64,000 nt of DNA from the human T2T-CHM13v2.0 reference genome, Homo sapiens: assembly GCF_009914755.1 (NCBI RefSeq), contig NC_060934.1; one strand, given 5' to 3'. The notes beneath the pieces were generated by a model. That model was not told the DNA's origin, did not search any database, and saw nothing but the letters and a program-made list of their open reading frames with translations. Below, piece after piece: positions 15,421 through 30,078 of the stretch (position 1 is the stretch's first letter; every line of letters begins with the position of its first letter). Both the position numbers and the translations under genes were made by a program.

Positions 15421-16709
15421 TTTTTAAGTGGGTTAGTCTGATAAAAGTTGCTTTACCTTATCTGAAGCTGGTAGAATGGGCAAGATGAGACCAGAACCAG
15501 TTAATTTCTTCCAGTGTATTCTTATTATATGACCCATACTGCCCTATGCTTTTCTTTTGAGGGTCAGATTTCTATTCCTTGCCAAGTTATGAAAAAGTAA
15601 GAGGATAATATGATATTAACAAATGATTTTAAAAATACAAGCTGTAGTAGTGAGAAAAATAATGAGTTTCTTTCTATAAAAAAAGAGGAATTCTCCAAGA
15701 AATGAAACAGCTCCAAATATACATGAAATATATTAGCATAAAAATATAAACATCTAAGTTTTAGTCACATAAGATCTGCAGGCTAACCATCCCTTGAAAA
15801 GTAGTTCTCTGTATTTCAGAAGCTATTTTCTGACTTTTAAATTTGAAACTGAGACATTGTTGACTAATAAATAAGAGACAAAAGAATCCCACTTCTCTTC
15901 TGCTTATAATAAGGCAATACAAAAAAAGTTAAAAGCCATGAAAAGTTATAGTGAGATTTTAATATTTTATGAAACAAGATTATAAACTTGTTTATAAAAC
16001 AAAAAACTGTTCAAGCATCCTGAAATGCAAGCTTATGGTGACACTTAAGGGCAGAACCAGTTGTCCTATCAAGTTGAAGTAACTGTATGCAGCAATTCTA
16101 CCAAAGGTGTCTTCAGAGCAAAAATAAAAGGATATATAGAGAGATATAAATACAGACATAAATATGACTGATAGAATTCTGATCAATGAACCTGATTTCA
16201 TAGTTCAAATATAATTTCCAGAAATTATTTAAGTCATTCTTTGGTTTAACATTGATTAAAATCAAAATGTTCTCATTATCCTTTTTGTCAATGGTAACAG
16301 GATTGAAAGAAAAACCAAACTGCAAGAGGATATATAGAGCAAAGCTTAGCAAATGCTATGAGAGGTTTATTAATTATTATAACTCAATCTGGCTGTTTTC
16401 TTCACTGAGGAGATGGAATATCTCCTGGTGGAACAATCAGAATGATACTAGAAATTCTGTCTTTGCAAGGCCAAAATGAGCTATTAAATGCTACGTTCTA
16501 TCAAGTTCAGAATTAATCTCATGGATTAAAAAAAGTTCACAACCAGTAGTACCTTCAGCCTTTTGATGAACGCATTATGTCAATCATCAGAACTATTGCC
16601 TTCATTTTCTCCTGGGGGTAGTAAGCCCTAATTCCATAGTTTAATTTTTTTCTTGCATCTGATAATCTCTACAATACCCTAGAGATGAAAAACTTTCCAT
16701 ACGCTTTAA

Positions 16710-16892
16710 AGAAGCAGCTCTACAGCCAGATCACCTGTGTGCATCTGCGTCCTGGCTTTATCACCAGCGTCAAGACCATGGGCAAGTGATTTAATCTCTC
16801 TGTGCCTTTGTTTCTTCATCTAGAACATAAGGATAAAAATACCTGCTTTGCTGGTTTGTGAGGATGACAGGAGATAGTGCATATAAAGCTCT
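16710..16892 (+). mobile_element. MIR
   Basis: Core 'gggcaagtgatttaatctctctgtgcctttgtttcttcatct'. Confidence 0.8.
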
Positions 16893-19224
16893 ATAATTTT
16901 TCACTTTCTACAAAATCATGGCCCTTTCATAGAATGAGCCTAAAATAATCTTGTTTCATAAAATATTAAAATCTCACTATAACTTTTCATGAACAGATTG
17001 ACTTTTTTTCACCAACCTCTGCTGTTGTATCCCAGCCAAAGAGTTTATTTACTAAAGCACCACAAGGGCTTTGTTGAATGGTGGCTGTACTTGAAAGTAA
17101 GCCCTCTGTGTTAATTTCCATCCTCTAGAAATTCAGGATGTTTCAGTAGAAGCTATTTTATTTTATTTAGGTGGAAAAAGTGAGAATTTGTCATTTGCAA
17201 GCTAATTTGTGGTCTGGGCCAAACCTGTGGACTCTTACTTTGCTTTTCACCGAATAAAATTAGTGTTTGGCAACAAACTTCAGAGTAATTGACTCTGAGG
17301 CTGCTGGCCATTTGGGCATTGTCTATCCAAATTCTTATAGTCCAGAGAACAGAAAAACCCAATTTTTCCTCTCATAAATGTAATTCAAACTCTCAAGGTT
17401 TGTTCAGGGATGCTAATTACTCCCTTCAATTTTTCCATGATGAGGCTATTACTGAATGTCAGCAAGCAGGATTCAACATCAGGAGCGTGTGAGGCCACTG
17501 GAAAATGTTCCACTGTCTCTCTTTCTTTCTAGGTCACTCAGTATTTGATTATCCAGACTAATTGTGGGCAGGGAAAGCATGAATAATTGAATTGTACAGA
17601 CAAGCTCTTGTACCTTATTTTGGCTGAAGACTTCCTTCACCGTGCTTCTCAAACTTTTTCTTTTTTTCAGAAGAGCTAACAAGTAAAGTGGAATAGTGTT
17701 TCCTGGCTTTGCTCAATTTCCTCTGTCCTTTCAGAAAAGTATTGACAAATACATCTCCCTCCCAAGTGCCCCATTTCTTCTGCCTTAACAAAGCAGTATC
17801 AACAATTAGAAACAAAGCACAAGTCTAGGTAATAGTTTTATGAATAAGGTAGACTTGCCTGTTCTAGAACATTCTGGTTATAAAAAGCAAGCCAGATCTT
17901 GAGCTTGAGTTTGGCTTTTCCTTTTGTTGATCACTTTCCAACAATTTTAAAGGCGACTTTTCCCCTTTCTTCTCATTATAGGCTTTTTATAGTCTTTTTT
18001 AGCACCTCAGAAGTAACAAAGGAAATAAACATTTAACAGATGGTCTTGGCAGTTTTCCTAAAATACATACATAGCATAAAAAGAAAGCATAAATGGAGTT
18101 GGTTAGATCTATTTTAATTTGTCTTCTTTCCCACAGAATGGTCACTTGGTCACAATTTTTTTATTGTCATTGTTTCTGCCTTTTATCTTTGTGGTTCCTC
18201 GTTCCTCACATACAGTTTCTGAAGCATTCTTCAAGGTCAAGTCCTGTTCCTTCCTTACCCTAATCTCTACACCACAGAGAAAAGTGGATCATACTGTTAT
18301 CAAAAAGGGCTTCACCAGGCTCCTCTGGAGAGTGTCTGTGGGAAAAATTTGGAAAATCCCAAGTCTGCATGTGGTTCTCTCACAAAACCGCAGGTCATGG
18401 GGTGGAAGTAAGCCAAGGAGTATTAGTAAGAAGTGGAAGCAAGGGAGGAGCCGAGAGAATACACTGAGGACTTCTAATTGATAAGTGGGAAAACAAGAAA
18501 ACCTAGGGTAAAAATGTTAGCCTTGGGTTATAGGGGCAGCCAAAAGAGGAATGATAGATGATCAGAACTAGGGGTCTATATCCGTGAAGCGTGGAGGCGA
18601 TATATGGGTTCAAGTCCAAGATGTTCACAAACATAAAAGGGGCAGGTAAGTCTCATTAGGTGTAGAAAGCAAAGCCAAGTTCTGAATCTGAGCATTCTGA
18701 GTTATAAAGGGACGGGTAATGGGTTAGCGCATCAAGGTCTCCATGGGGAAGCACAGTCCAGCAGAAAGAAAACCAAGCCCCAGTCGTGGAGTTCACACCA
18801 AGCAGAAGCTGCTGATGAGAAACAAAGTCCCACACAGGCAATGGCCCAAATCAACAGCCAAAGCAAATGAGATGCAGTCCATGAGCCAAGGTCTCAGATA
18901 GCTGTTCTCAGCCCTGCTTTTATGACTTTGCAAAGGGTGTGCTCAGGCTGGGGTTTCAGGGCGTGCTGGGAGTCCAGAGAGGCAAGGGATTCTTCCAAAG
19001 TCATTCTCAGATGTTGGAATCTCTTGCAGTTGAGGTCTTTTTATATCTTTACCCCAGCGATTTGGGGTAAGAATAAAACTTCATTTTTTTTTTCTTGAAG
19101 ATAGATACAGATCAACTTGGAAATGTCCAATGTTATGGGGAAAAGGGAGGAAATGGACATGGAAATCAGAAAGAAAGAGGAAGGAGAAGGCATTCAGTGC
19201 CTTCTAGGAGGCTGTATATAAAGA

Positions 19225-19445
19225 ATAGCGATTAAGAAGGCTGGCTTTGAAGTCGTGATGCCTTTATTTTAACCACATCACTACTATTTGCTAGCTGAGT
19301 GACCAGGGCAGCATGTTATTGAACCTCTTCACTTTTCATCTGTAAACTGAAGATGATAACATATCCTTCCTTCTAAAGTTGTTGGGAGGGTTAACTGTAA
19401 ATTACTTAGAGTACTTTGCACAAAGTAGGTGCTCAATATATTTTA
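19225..19445 (+). mobile_element. MIR
   Basis: 'ctagctgagtgacc...catctgtaaactgaagatgataa...gtaggtgctcaata'. Confidence 0.75.
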
Positions 19446-19682
19446 GGTGCTACTTCGTTCTCTAGGGGTACATTCTCTCAGATAAGTATTGCTCTCCTAC
19501 AACGTGCTAGGCACTTTGCTAGGTACTGGGGAAACTGTGATAAACAAAATGGCCAATTTCAGGAGGTAATAAGTGAACAGAATTTGGAAATCTCAATAAG
19601 GGTATGTAAATAAAAACTTATGGAAGGTAAAAAAAAGTCAACTTGAGTTACAGATGTCAGGAGATCATCATTCTACTAGTTA

Positions 19683-20042
<360 letters not shown>

Positions 20043-20082
20043 TTAAAAAAAAAAAGAGTTAAGAGTTTCTGGGAGACAGTAG

Positions 20083-20491
20083 TGTATTAGACCATTTTTG
20101 CATTGTTATATAGGAATACCTGAGGCTGGGTAATTTATAAGGAAAAGAGGTTTAATTGGCTCATGGTTCTGCAGGCTGTACAAGCAGCATGGTGTCAGCA
20201 TCTGCATGGGGTGAGGGCCTCAGGAAGCTTCCAATCAAGGTGGAAGGTGAAGGGGGAGGAGGCATGTCACATGATGAGAGCAGGAGCAAGAGGGCAGGGG
20301 GATGTCCCAGGCTTTTAGACAACCAGATCTGGTGTGAACTAACTGAGCAAGAACTCACTCATCACCAAGGGGATGGTGCCAAACCACTCAGAAGGGATCT
20401 GCCCTTATGATCCAGTCACCTCCCACCACTGGGGATCATATTTCAAATTTCAACATGAAATTTGGAGGGGACAAGCATCCAAACCATATCA
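20083..20491 (-). mobile_element. MST (MSTA-like) solo LTR
   Basis: tgtattag...ccaaaccatatca; perfect TSD agtag. Confidence 0.93.
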
Positions 20492-20511
20492 AGTAGTAAG
20501 AGAAACCATTT

Positions 20512-20868
20512 TGTATTAGTCTGTTCTCACGCTGCTAATAAAGACATACGTAAGACTGGGTAATTTGTAAAGGAAAGAAATTTAATTGACTCACAGTTCC
20601 ACATGGCTAGGGAGGCCTCACAATCGTGCAGAAGCCAAAGGAGGAGCAAAGTCACGTCTTGCATGGTGGCAGGCAAGAGAGCATGTGCAGGGGAACTGCC
20701 CTTTATAAAACCGTTAGATTTCGTGAGACGTATTCACTACCACGAGAACAGCATGAGAAAGACCTGGCTCCATGATTCAATTACCTCCCACTGGTCCCTT
20801 CTACGACTCGTGGGAACTATGGGAGCTACCATTTGAGATTTGGGTGGGGATTCAGGCAAACCATATCA
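20512..20868 (-). mobile_element. THE1 (B-like) solo LTR
   Basis: tgtattagtctgttctcacgctgctaataaagacata...aaaccatatca; TSD cattt/tgttt. Confidence 0.94.
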
Positions 20869-21562
20869 TGTTTCATCCTGAGAAACATGTTATTGTAATG
20901 ACAAGGAGCTGGGGTGATAAGAATGTGCAGAGGAGACAGTGAAACCCAGGATTAGATGCTGCGGTTTGTGGAGAATTTCTTAAAAGGAGGTAATGCTGTC
21001 AAAAAGAACAAGGGAATGTCTATGAGACCTACTAATAAGTGGAGTTAAGTCAGATTATCAAACAATATATATGTACCCTACTTAAGTTTCAAAAAAGGTG
21101 AAGGGCATTTTATGGTAAAGGAGGACTGTCTTATTAAAATTAACATGGGTCACCTTTGTGCTGATGAAATGTGGTATAAAAAATTTGTTTCTAATTCATT
21201 CCAAACTTCATACTTACTTTTTACTGATGATTTATTTTCCCGTGCATGCCTTATAGGTACAGACTTTGAAAATTATGTATTTTATGTATCCTTGGAACTT
21301 ACAAGTTTCTGCACTTAAAACAGTACACAAAAGCTACATAAACGACCGTATAAAACTGAATGCAGTTGCAAGTCTTGTCCAAAGGATGAATGATTTAAGG
21401 GTTTTATAGTTCTTCCCACTCCTGAAATATAGCTCCTCTTCTTGCTTCCAGTTTATTAATAGAGAATAAGCATTTCTACAGTTTGAGATAACATTTGAAA
21501 TGCAAACCCTCCTTGGAGAAGCAGTACATATGTTCCTATTCCTGCAAAGCTGTGTTGGGTCC

Positions 21563-21976
21563 CTATTAGGCTGTTCTTGCATTGTTATAAAGAAATACCT
21601 GAGACTGGGTAATTTATAAGAAGAGAGGTTTAATTGGCTCATGGTTCTGCAGGCTGTACAGGAAGCATGATGCTGGCATCTGCTCAGCTTGTGGGAAGGC
21701 CTCTGGAAGCTTATAATCATAGCAGAGGGTGAAGGCGGAGCAGGCATGTCACTGTGAAGGCAGGAGCAAGGGACAGGAGAGGTGCCACGCACTTTTAAAC
21801 TACCAGATCTTACAAGACCTCCCTATCACAAGGACAGCACCAAGCAGATGGTGCTAAACCATTTATGAGCAATCCACCCCCATGACCCAATTACCTCTCA
21901 CAAGGCTCCGCCTCCGGTACTGGGGATTACAATTCAAGAGGAGATTTGGGCAGGGACAAATATCCAAACTATATCA
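21563..21976 (-). mobile_element. MST (MSTA-like) solo LTR
   Basis: 'tattaggctgttcttgcattg...ccaaactatatca'; TSD ggtcc. Confidence 0.93.
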
Positions 21977-22718
21977 GGTCCTTTCTCTGAAGGTTCGAGA
22001 GAGAAGTCACCAAGCCATGGAAGCAATCAAGGCAGAACGAGGAGTACAGAGGCTAATGACCACAAATCCATTGTCCCTACTAGGTCGTCATTCTGCTTAG
22101 AGCCTGTCCCCTGTTCCTCTGAAATGATTCTGCAATTCACAGCTAGGATACCTAGTGGCTTGTAGCCATATCTGCATCAGCAACATATACATTTATAAAA
22201 TAATGTTATTTTCAATTGTTTTAATAGAAAAAAATTCACATTAGGCAGCAAAAATAACAATTTAAGCACCAAAGAATAGAGCAGAAAGTCCGTTGTCATT
22301 TATCATTAACTAGAAAGTTATGTTCCTTAGAATTCTTGGGTAGAATGTACCAACAGGAGGGACAGGCTGGGTCTCTCACTGTATAATATCTGTGGGAGAG
22401 TCTAATAAGTGAGAAATGATTACCTTAGTTGAGCAATTTGATAAGACAAAGCAAACAAAAATAAACCTAAATCTAGCCCTGGCTGTCTGGCAAGTAAAGA
22501 GGTCAGTATGCTAAAGGCTGCATTTTATGGATCATGATAAGAGGTGGCCTTATTCGGGCCTTTCAAATTTTTCCTTCATTAACATATTCTTGTTTAAGTA
22601 TTAAATATTATTATATATTATGGTAAGATATATAATGTTGACTGACATTTCTAAATCCTCAGGAATAGTCACCTAGTAAGTACATTTACACTAATCATGG
22701 ATTTAAGAAAGTACTAGA

Positions 22719-23310
22719 GGCGGGGCTCAGTGGCTCATGCCTGTAATCGCAGGCCAAGGTGGGAGAATCGCTTGAAGCCAGCAGTTTGAGACCAGCCTGG
22801 GAAACACAGTGAGACATCATCTCTACAGATTTTTTTAAAAAAAATTTAGCTGGGTGTGGTTCTGAGAACCTGTAGTCTCAGCTACTCAGGAGGCTGAGGC
22901 AGGAGGATTGCTTTGAGCTCAGGAGTTCGAGGCTGCAGTGAGCTATGATCACACCACTGCACTCCAGCCTGAGTTACAGAGTGAGACTCTCTCTTTTTTT
23001 TCTTTTTTCTTTTTTTTGAGACGGAATTTCATTCTTGTTACCCAAGCTGGAATGCAATCTCAGTTCACTGCAAGCTCCGCCTCCTGGGTTCAACTGATTT
23101 TCCTGCCTCAGCCTCCCGAGTAGCTAGGATTACAGGCATGCGCCACCATGCCTGGCTAATTTTGTATTTTTACTAGAGACAGGGTTTCACCATGTTGGTT
23201 GGGCTGGTCTTGAACTCCTGACCTCAGGTGATCCATCCACCTCGGCCTCCCAAAGTGCTGGGATTACAGGCATGAGCCACCACACCCATCTTGTCTCTTT
23301 AAAAAAAAAA
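22719..23310 (+). mobile_element. AluJ (body 22719-22996; A tail displaced to ~23301 by a nested Alu)
   Basis: Outer TSD aagaaagtactaga/aaaaaaggactgga. Confidence 0.9.
22997..23290 (-). mobile_element. AluS nested antisense at the AluJ body/tail junction
   Basis: Inner TSD ctctctcttt/ttgtctcttt. Confidence 0.92.
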
Positions 23311-23363
23311 AAAAAAGGACTGGAGGAAATAAAATGGGAGGAAACTAATTTTCAGTTAGGCAC

Positions 23364-23773
23364 CTTTTTTCATTTTTTAAATTTTATTGTAAACCGACAT
23401 TATAATTGTATATATTTATGCAGCACAAAGTGACATTACAATATGTGTATACAAGGTGGAATGGTAAAATCAAGCGAATTAACATATCCATCACTCCAAA
23501 TACTTATCCCTTTTTGTGGTGAGAACATTTGAAATTTACTCTCTTAGCAAATGAAGTATATAATACATTGTTATTAACTATAGTCTCCAAGCTATGCAAT
23601 CGATCTCAAAAAACGTATTCCTCCTGTCTAACTGAAACTGCACCCTTTGACTAATATCTCCCCATTTCCCCCACTTCCCAGCCTCCGGTAATCATTATTC
23701 TACTCTGCTCCTAGGAGTTCACTGTTTTAGATTCTGCATATAAGTCAGGCCCTGCCCTATTTGTCTTTCTGTG
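23364..23773 (-). mobile_element. L1MA 3' end
   Basis: 'tgtggtgagaacatttgaaatttactctcttagcaa', 'ttattaactatagtc'. Confidence 0.88.
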
Positions 23774-24186
23774 GGCACTAATTTTCTATTATAAATAGTT
23801 AGATGCAGCAGCTAGCTCAATGAAAGTAGGTGACTTCAGGTTCATAGGACAATAATAGTAATATTAACAATATTACCTTCGGGTTTTTTACTGCACCATA
23901 ATTTATTCAATTAATTTTCTGTTCTTGGTCACTCAGGTAGTTTGAAATATTTCGAATGCTGTAAATAACCCTGCAATGAGCATTCTTATACATACATCTT
24001 TTTACCCAGCACTGATTTTTTTTAAATTTATGATAAAATATTTAAGACACATGAAAAGGCATAAAAATATTTTTTAAAAAATACTCATGCACCTACCACC
24101 CAGCTTAAGAAAGTAAACTTCACTAATATGGTTGGAGCCCCCAAGCATCCTTCTCAATCTCAGCCGCTTTCTTACACCAGTGGTCA

Positions 24187-24658
<472 letters not shown>

Positions 24659-24670
24659 AATAGAATGGTG

Positions 24671-24682
24671 TTTTTTCTCTTT

Positions 24683-24742
<60 letters not shown>

Positions 24743-24835
24743 TCCTTTCTTTCTTTCTTTCCTTTCTTTCTTTCTTTCCTTTCTTTCTTTCTTTCTTCCT
24801 TCTTTCTTTTCTTTCTTCCTTTCTTTCTTCTTTTT
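24671..24835. repeat. (TTTC)n polypyrimidine microsatellite
   Basis: About 165 nt containing only T and C. Confidence 0.97.
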
Positions 24836-24901
24836 GTGCTTTTTCATACAGAAGGTGCTCTCTTATTTCTCACCTCATTTAATTCCATAGCATTTCTATG
24901 A

Positions 24902-25204
<303 letters not shown>

Positions 25205-25209
25205 TGGGT

Positions 25210-25350
25210 TATTCTTTTTCTCCATTTTTGAGGTGAGGAAGAGAGGTTCTGATTGATAAGTAAATATCTCAAGATCCTTGGCTATTAAGTGAAGGAGCCA
25301 GAACTCACATCTAAATCTTTTAATTCCAACTTCTGTGGTCATTCTGTTAA
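25210..25350 (-). mobile_element. MIR
   Basis: 'ctccatttttgaggtgaggaagagagg...agccagaactcacatct'. Confidence 0.65.
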
Positions 25351-26244
25351 AATATCCTACAATTATGCCACCATTTCCCCCCACTAAAATCACCAAGAAT
25401 CAGGGATGGCCCTTCCTTCTCACTCCTCTCTCCTTGCCCTCTTGTGACTTCATTTCAATTTAAATGCGAAGTGTCAAGTTTATTTTACATTGATTTTGCT
25501 TGCATGCAAAAGTTGAGCAGGGAGAAGAAATAAGGGGTGATTTACCATACAGGCCACTTCTAAAAAAAAAAAAAGGTCCTAGTTTTCAGCCTTCACTGGT
25601 ATTATGCACCTTCCCTCCTGGCTAAAGGCCTGCATTCTGGGCATAGGCATAGCCTTAACCCAATGCTCTGTGAAAGGCCTACACTTCCCAAACATGCCAA
25701 GTTGCTTCCCTGTAGTATAATCTCTCTCCACAGACATGAAATTCTCATACATCATTCAGGGATGAAACAAATTGGCAAAAAAAAAAAAAAAAAAAAAAAG
25801 GGACTGCCCATCAGATGACTCTCTAAATTTGGTCTACGTTGGAATGATAACTTCAACAGTCAGAAGATTCTACAGAAATGGCAATGATCAAAAAATTATC
25901 TTCGATTTTTAAAATTTGGGATACCTTCTATTCCTTTATGAGTGATGGCTGAAGGACATGGTGAAGCTCCGTTGTGTATCTTTTCAGCTGCTCTTTACAC
26001 TTTTACTGAAGACCCTCAAAACGGTATGATGCATCTGTTTATCCCTGCAGCATCAACCAAATATCTACTTTTCCATTAGAGGAATTCAAGCCAGCAACTG
26101 ATGCAACTCCAGCCTGCCAGGTATGAAGAAGGCTATGAAATTCTTCTGCAGTCGTTGTTTTCTGCTGGCATGGGTTGCACTGTATTGCTTATAACTTAGA
26201 AGTTGGTAAGAATGTTGCACCATTATCATTGTCATGATCATCAC

Positions 26245-26445
26245 CATCATTGTCATTATAAGGGCCATTTGGAGTATCTACTGTATTCCTGACTGTCTTT
26301 ATCTCCTTCAAGATATTGTTATCTCCACTTTACAAATGAGAAAACTGAGGCTCAGGAAGGTTAATCAGCTAGCCTGAGTTCACCCTGTTAGTGATAGAGT
26401 CGGAATTTGAATCCAGGTCTGTTGGAAATCAAAGCCCATGCTCTG
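26245..26445 (-). mobile_element. MIR
   Basis: 'ctccactttacaaatgagaaaactgaggctcagg...atttgaatccaggtctg'. Confidence 0.85.
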
Positions 26446-27610
26446 CAATGAGCAGTGCCTTTGTGAAGCACTTATGTCACTCATATGCCATGAACTATAG
26501 GCTGTATACAGAGATGACAATACCTGCCTCATACCCCAGAAGTTCTCAGCTCAATGGGAAGGTAACAGCACACGCAGAATCAATTCCAATGCAGGTCAGT
26601 CATGCAAATTTCTATAGAGGGACTAGGAACATCTCTTATGAGAATGGGGGAAGACGCATTCATATTTTGGGAAAATTAGGGATTTGAGAAGGCTTTAAAA
26701 AGGTAGAACTTCATCAGGTATCACTATGGAATCATTTGGTAAAGAGAACATACAGTTGTTAAGTCTCGAGTTGGGAGAACGTACTTAGCGTTTAGAAATT
26801 GTAAGTAGGTATGAAGATAAGGTGATTGATGGGTGTTATTTCAAGGGAAATATACCTGGAAAGCCAGCAGTCAATTTTTGGAAGGGCTAGACTTCTAATA
26901 AAAACAAGAGTAAAAGACTGCAAGACATACTGAAACGTTAGTGCCTAATGTACTTTTAGGAAGTAACTGGCATCACCAGAGACTAGTGGCCTGTGTCATA
27001 TCATTGGGGTGTCAATATAGAGAGGCTATTTGTTCTGTTTATTAATGGCAAAGTGCTGAAAACTCAAAACTTAACACTAGGACCTGGTCTAAATGAGACA
27101 GGCACCTGCAGCTAGGACGTTGCCAAGAGTGGCCATTATGGAAGTGATCCAGGTAGGTTCTGGAATCAATACCTACTGAGCACATGTCTGCAGACAGATG
27201 TCATAGCTAGAGCAGGACTGGTCTCATCGCTCTCCAGATCAAAGTCGCTGTCAAAGCATTCTTCTCCAAGATCAGAAAGACACATTTTACTTGGAAATAA
27301 ATCCCTCCTCCTCTAAAGACTCAAGTAATAATAGTTGGTGAGAAAAAGTAAAAAGAAAATGAGCTATATAATACAAAATGTATGTACATTTAGAATCGAT
27401 TTGTCCAAAGTAATACATATTTTTGCAAGATGGTATGCATCCACAAAGATACAAACTAAAGTCATCAGAATGGCTGCCTGGAAAGGGAAGGGGAATGGGA
27501 GTGAAGTAATGAGATAGAAGAAATAAAAAAACAGTGATGCCTTGTATAGTTTACAGCTAACACTCTGTGAGGGACTAAGATATGTAATCAGCTTAACCCT
27601 CTGCACTTTG

Positions 27611-27612
<2 letters not shown>

Positions 27613-27657
<45 letters not shown>
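27613..27657. repeat. (AC)22 microsatellite
   Basis: Uninterrupted dinucleotide run. Confidence 0.98.
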
Positions 27658-27659
<2 letters not shown>

Positions 27660-28420
27660 GCCCTTAAATCGCTCTTCAGTTCTTGTCTATGAATGCTGGG
27701 AAGATTAAGGACACTAGTATTAGCTTGGTGACCCATTATTGAAAAGTGATAACATTTTATTCAATGAATTAATTGGCTCCATAATGTTTCCAGACTCCTA
27801 GGTTCTGGAAAAGTCAGTATCAGGCTGCTGCTGCTAAGTCTGCCATATCAAAATTATCACCCTTGTACCACTACCTCTGTGGGATAAGGAAATGGTCTTA
27901 CTCAACAATCAAGCACATACAGAAAAGGGCATTGCCTCCCAATAGTGTTGGTAGCTGAATTTTAGTTTCCCCTTCCTCTTGCCCTTTTGACCAGCATTTT
28001 TTGTTTAAGAGGCAGCCTGCACCTGTGTTTGAGTGACCCTGCCCAGGGAATCTTGGAGAAAGGGCAGTTAGGTATTTATTTCAGGTCACTGGAAATCTCA
28101 GAATGCAAACTTTACCTAGTGTTTACATATATAAATATGTAGGCATGGTGGTGCAAAAGTAATTTTATATATATATAAAATAACATCATGATAAAACAGT
28201 GTCTTAGGTTACATCACAAAAGCCTCTCTTCTGTTAGCCTCAGTAATGCCAAACCCCAAGAGTGGACGGAGGTGAGTGAGGTTGATAGGAAGAAAGCCCC
28301 TGTCAGCTGAAACGCTTCGTGCCCAGAGTCCACGAGTAATCTGTTTCCTTCCTGGTTCAGGAAGGTCTTATGGCTATTGTCACCTTCCTCCCTCTACTTG
28401 TCCTCTATCACTCAATTTTT

Positions 28421-28735
28421 GGTGTTTTTGTTGTTGTTGTTTTGGCTTGGTTTGAGACAGAGTCTCACTCTGTCACCCATGCTGGAGTACAGTGGTATGA
28501 TCACAGCTCACTGCAGCTTTGAACTCCTGGGTTCAAGTGATCCTCCTGCCTCAGCCACCCGAGTAGCTGGGACTACAGGCATGCACCACTATGCTCACTA
28601 AATTTTCAATTTTCTGTAGATATGGGGGTCTCACTATGATTTTCAAACTGGTGTCAAATTCCTGGCCTCAAGCGATCCTTCTGCCTTGGACTGTCAAAGC
28701 ACTGGAATTACAGGCATGAGTCGTTGGGACCAGAC
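28421..28735 (-). mobile_element. AluJ
   Basis: TSD tcactcaatttt/tcattcaatttt. Confidence 0.93.
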
Positions 28736-28863
28736 TCATTCAATTTTAAATAGAGCAAAAATTGGTTCTCACCCTTGATCTATCCCATACTGATTAGAAA
28801 TGAGAGCGCTTATTCATGACACAGAGATAGCCAACAAGAGAGAGACCTATAGCTGGCCAATTA

Positions 28864-29304
<441 letters not shown>

Positions 29305-29351
29305 CTATCTAAGAGGGCACTTCATTGATGTTTGTTTTGCCCTAATATTCT

Positions 29352-29659
<308 letters not shown>

Positions 29660-29799
29660 TTGTCCTAATTTTCTTAGTATAGTATTATACTATGTATGGA
29701 GATCTGTATATAACATAAAAAAATTCATATGGTAAAGTAACAAACATCAAGGCAGCTTTCAACACCTCCATGAGGGAGCAGACCCACCCATCTATTTCA

Positions 29800-30078
<279 letters not shown>

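Noticed and set aside
15965-15999. AT-rich bulged hairpin
   Set aside because: Low complexity; plausible by chance
20083-21976. Two co-oriented MST LTRs as one full-length MaLR element
   Set aside because: Each has its own TSD (agtag; ggtcc) and the spacer does not resemble MaLR internal sequence
25777-25799. Orphan poly(A) run as a possible retro-insertion
   Set aside because: No TSD or upstream element; treated as a mononucleotide repeat
28150-28164. 15-nt match to the MADE1/Hsmar1 terminal repeat
   Set aside because: No partner repeat or element body
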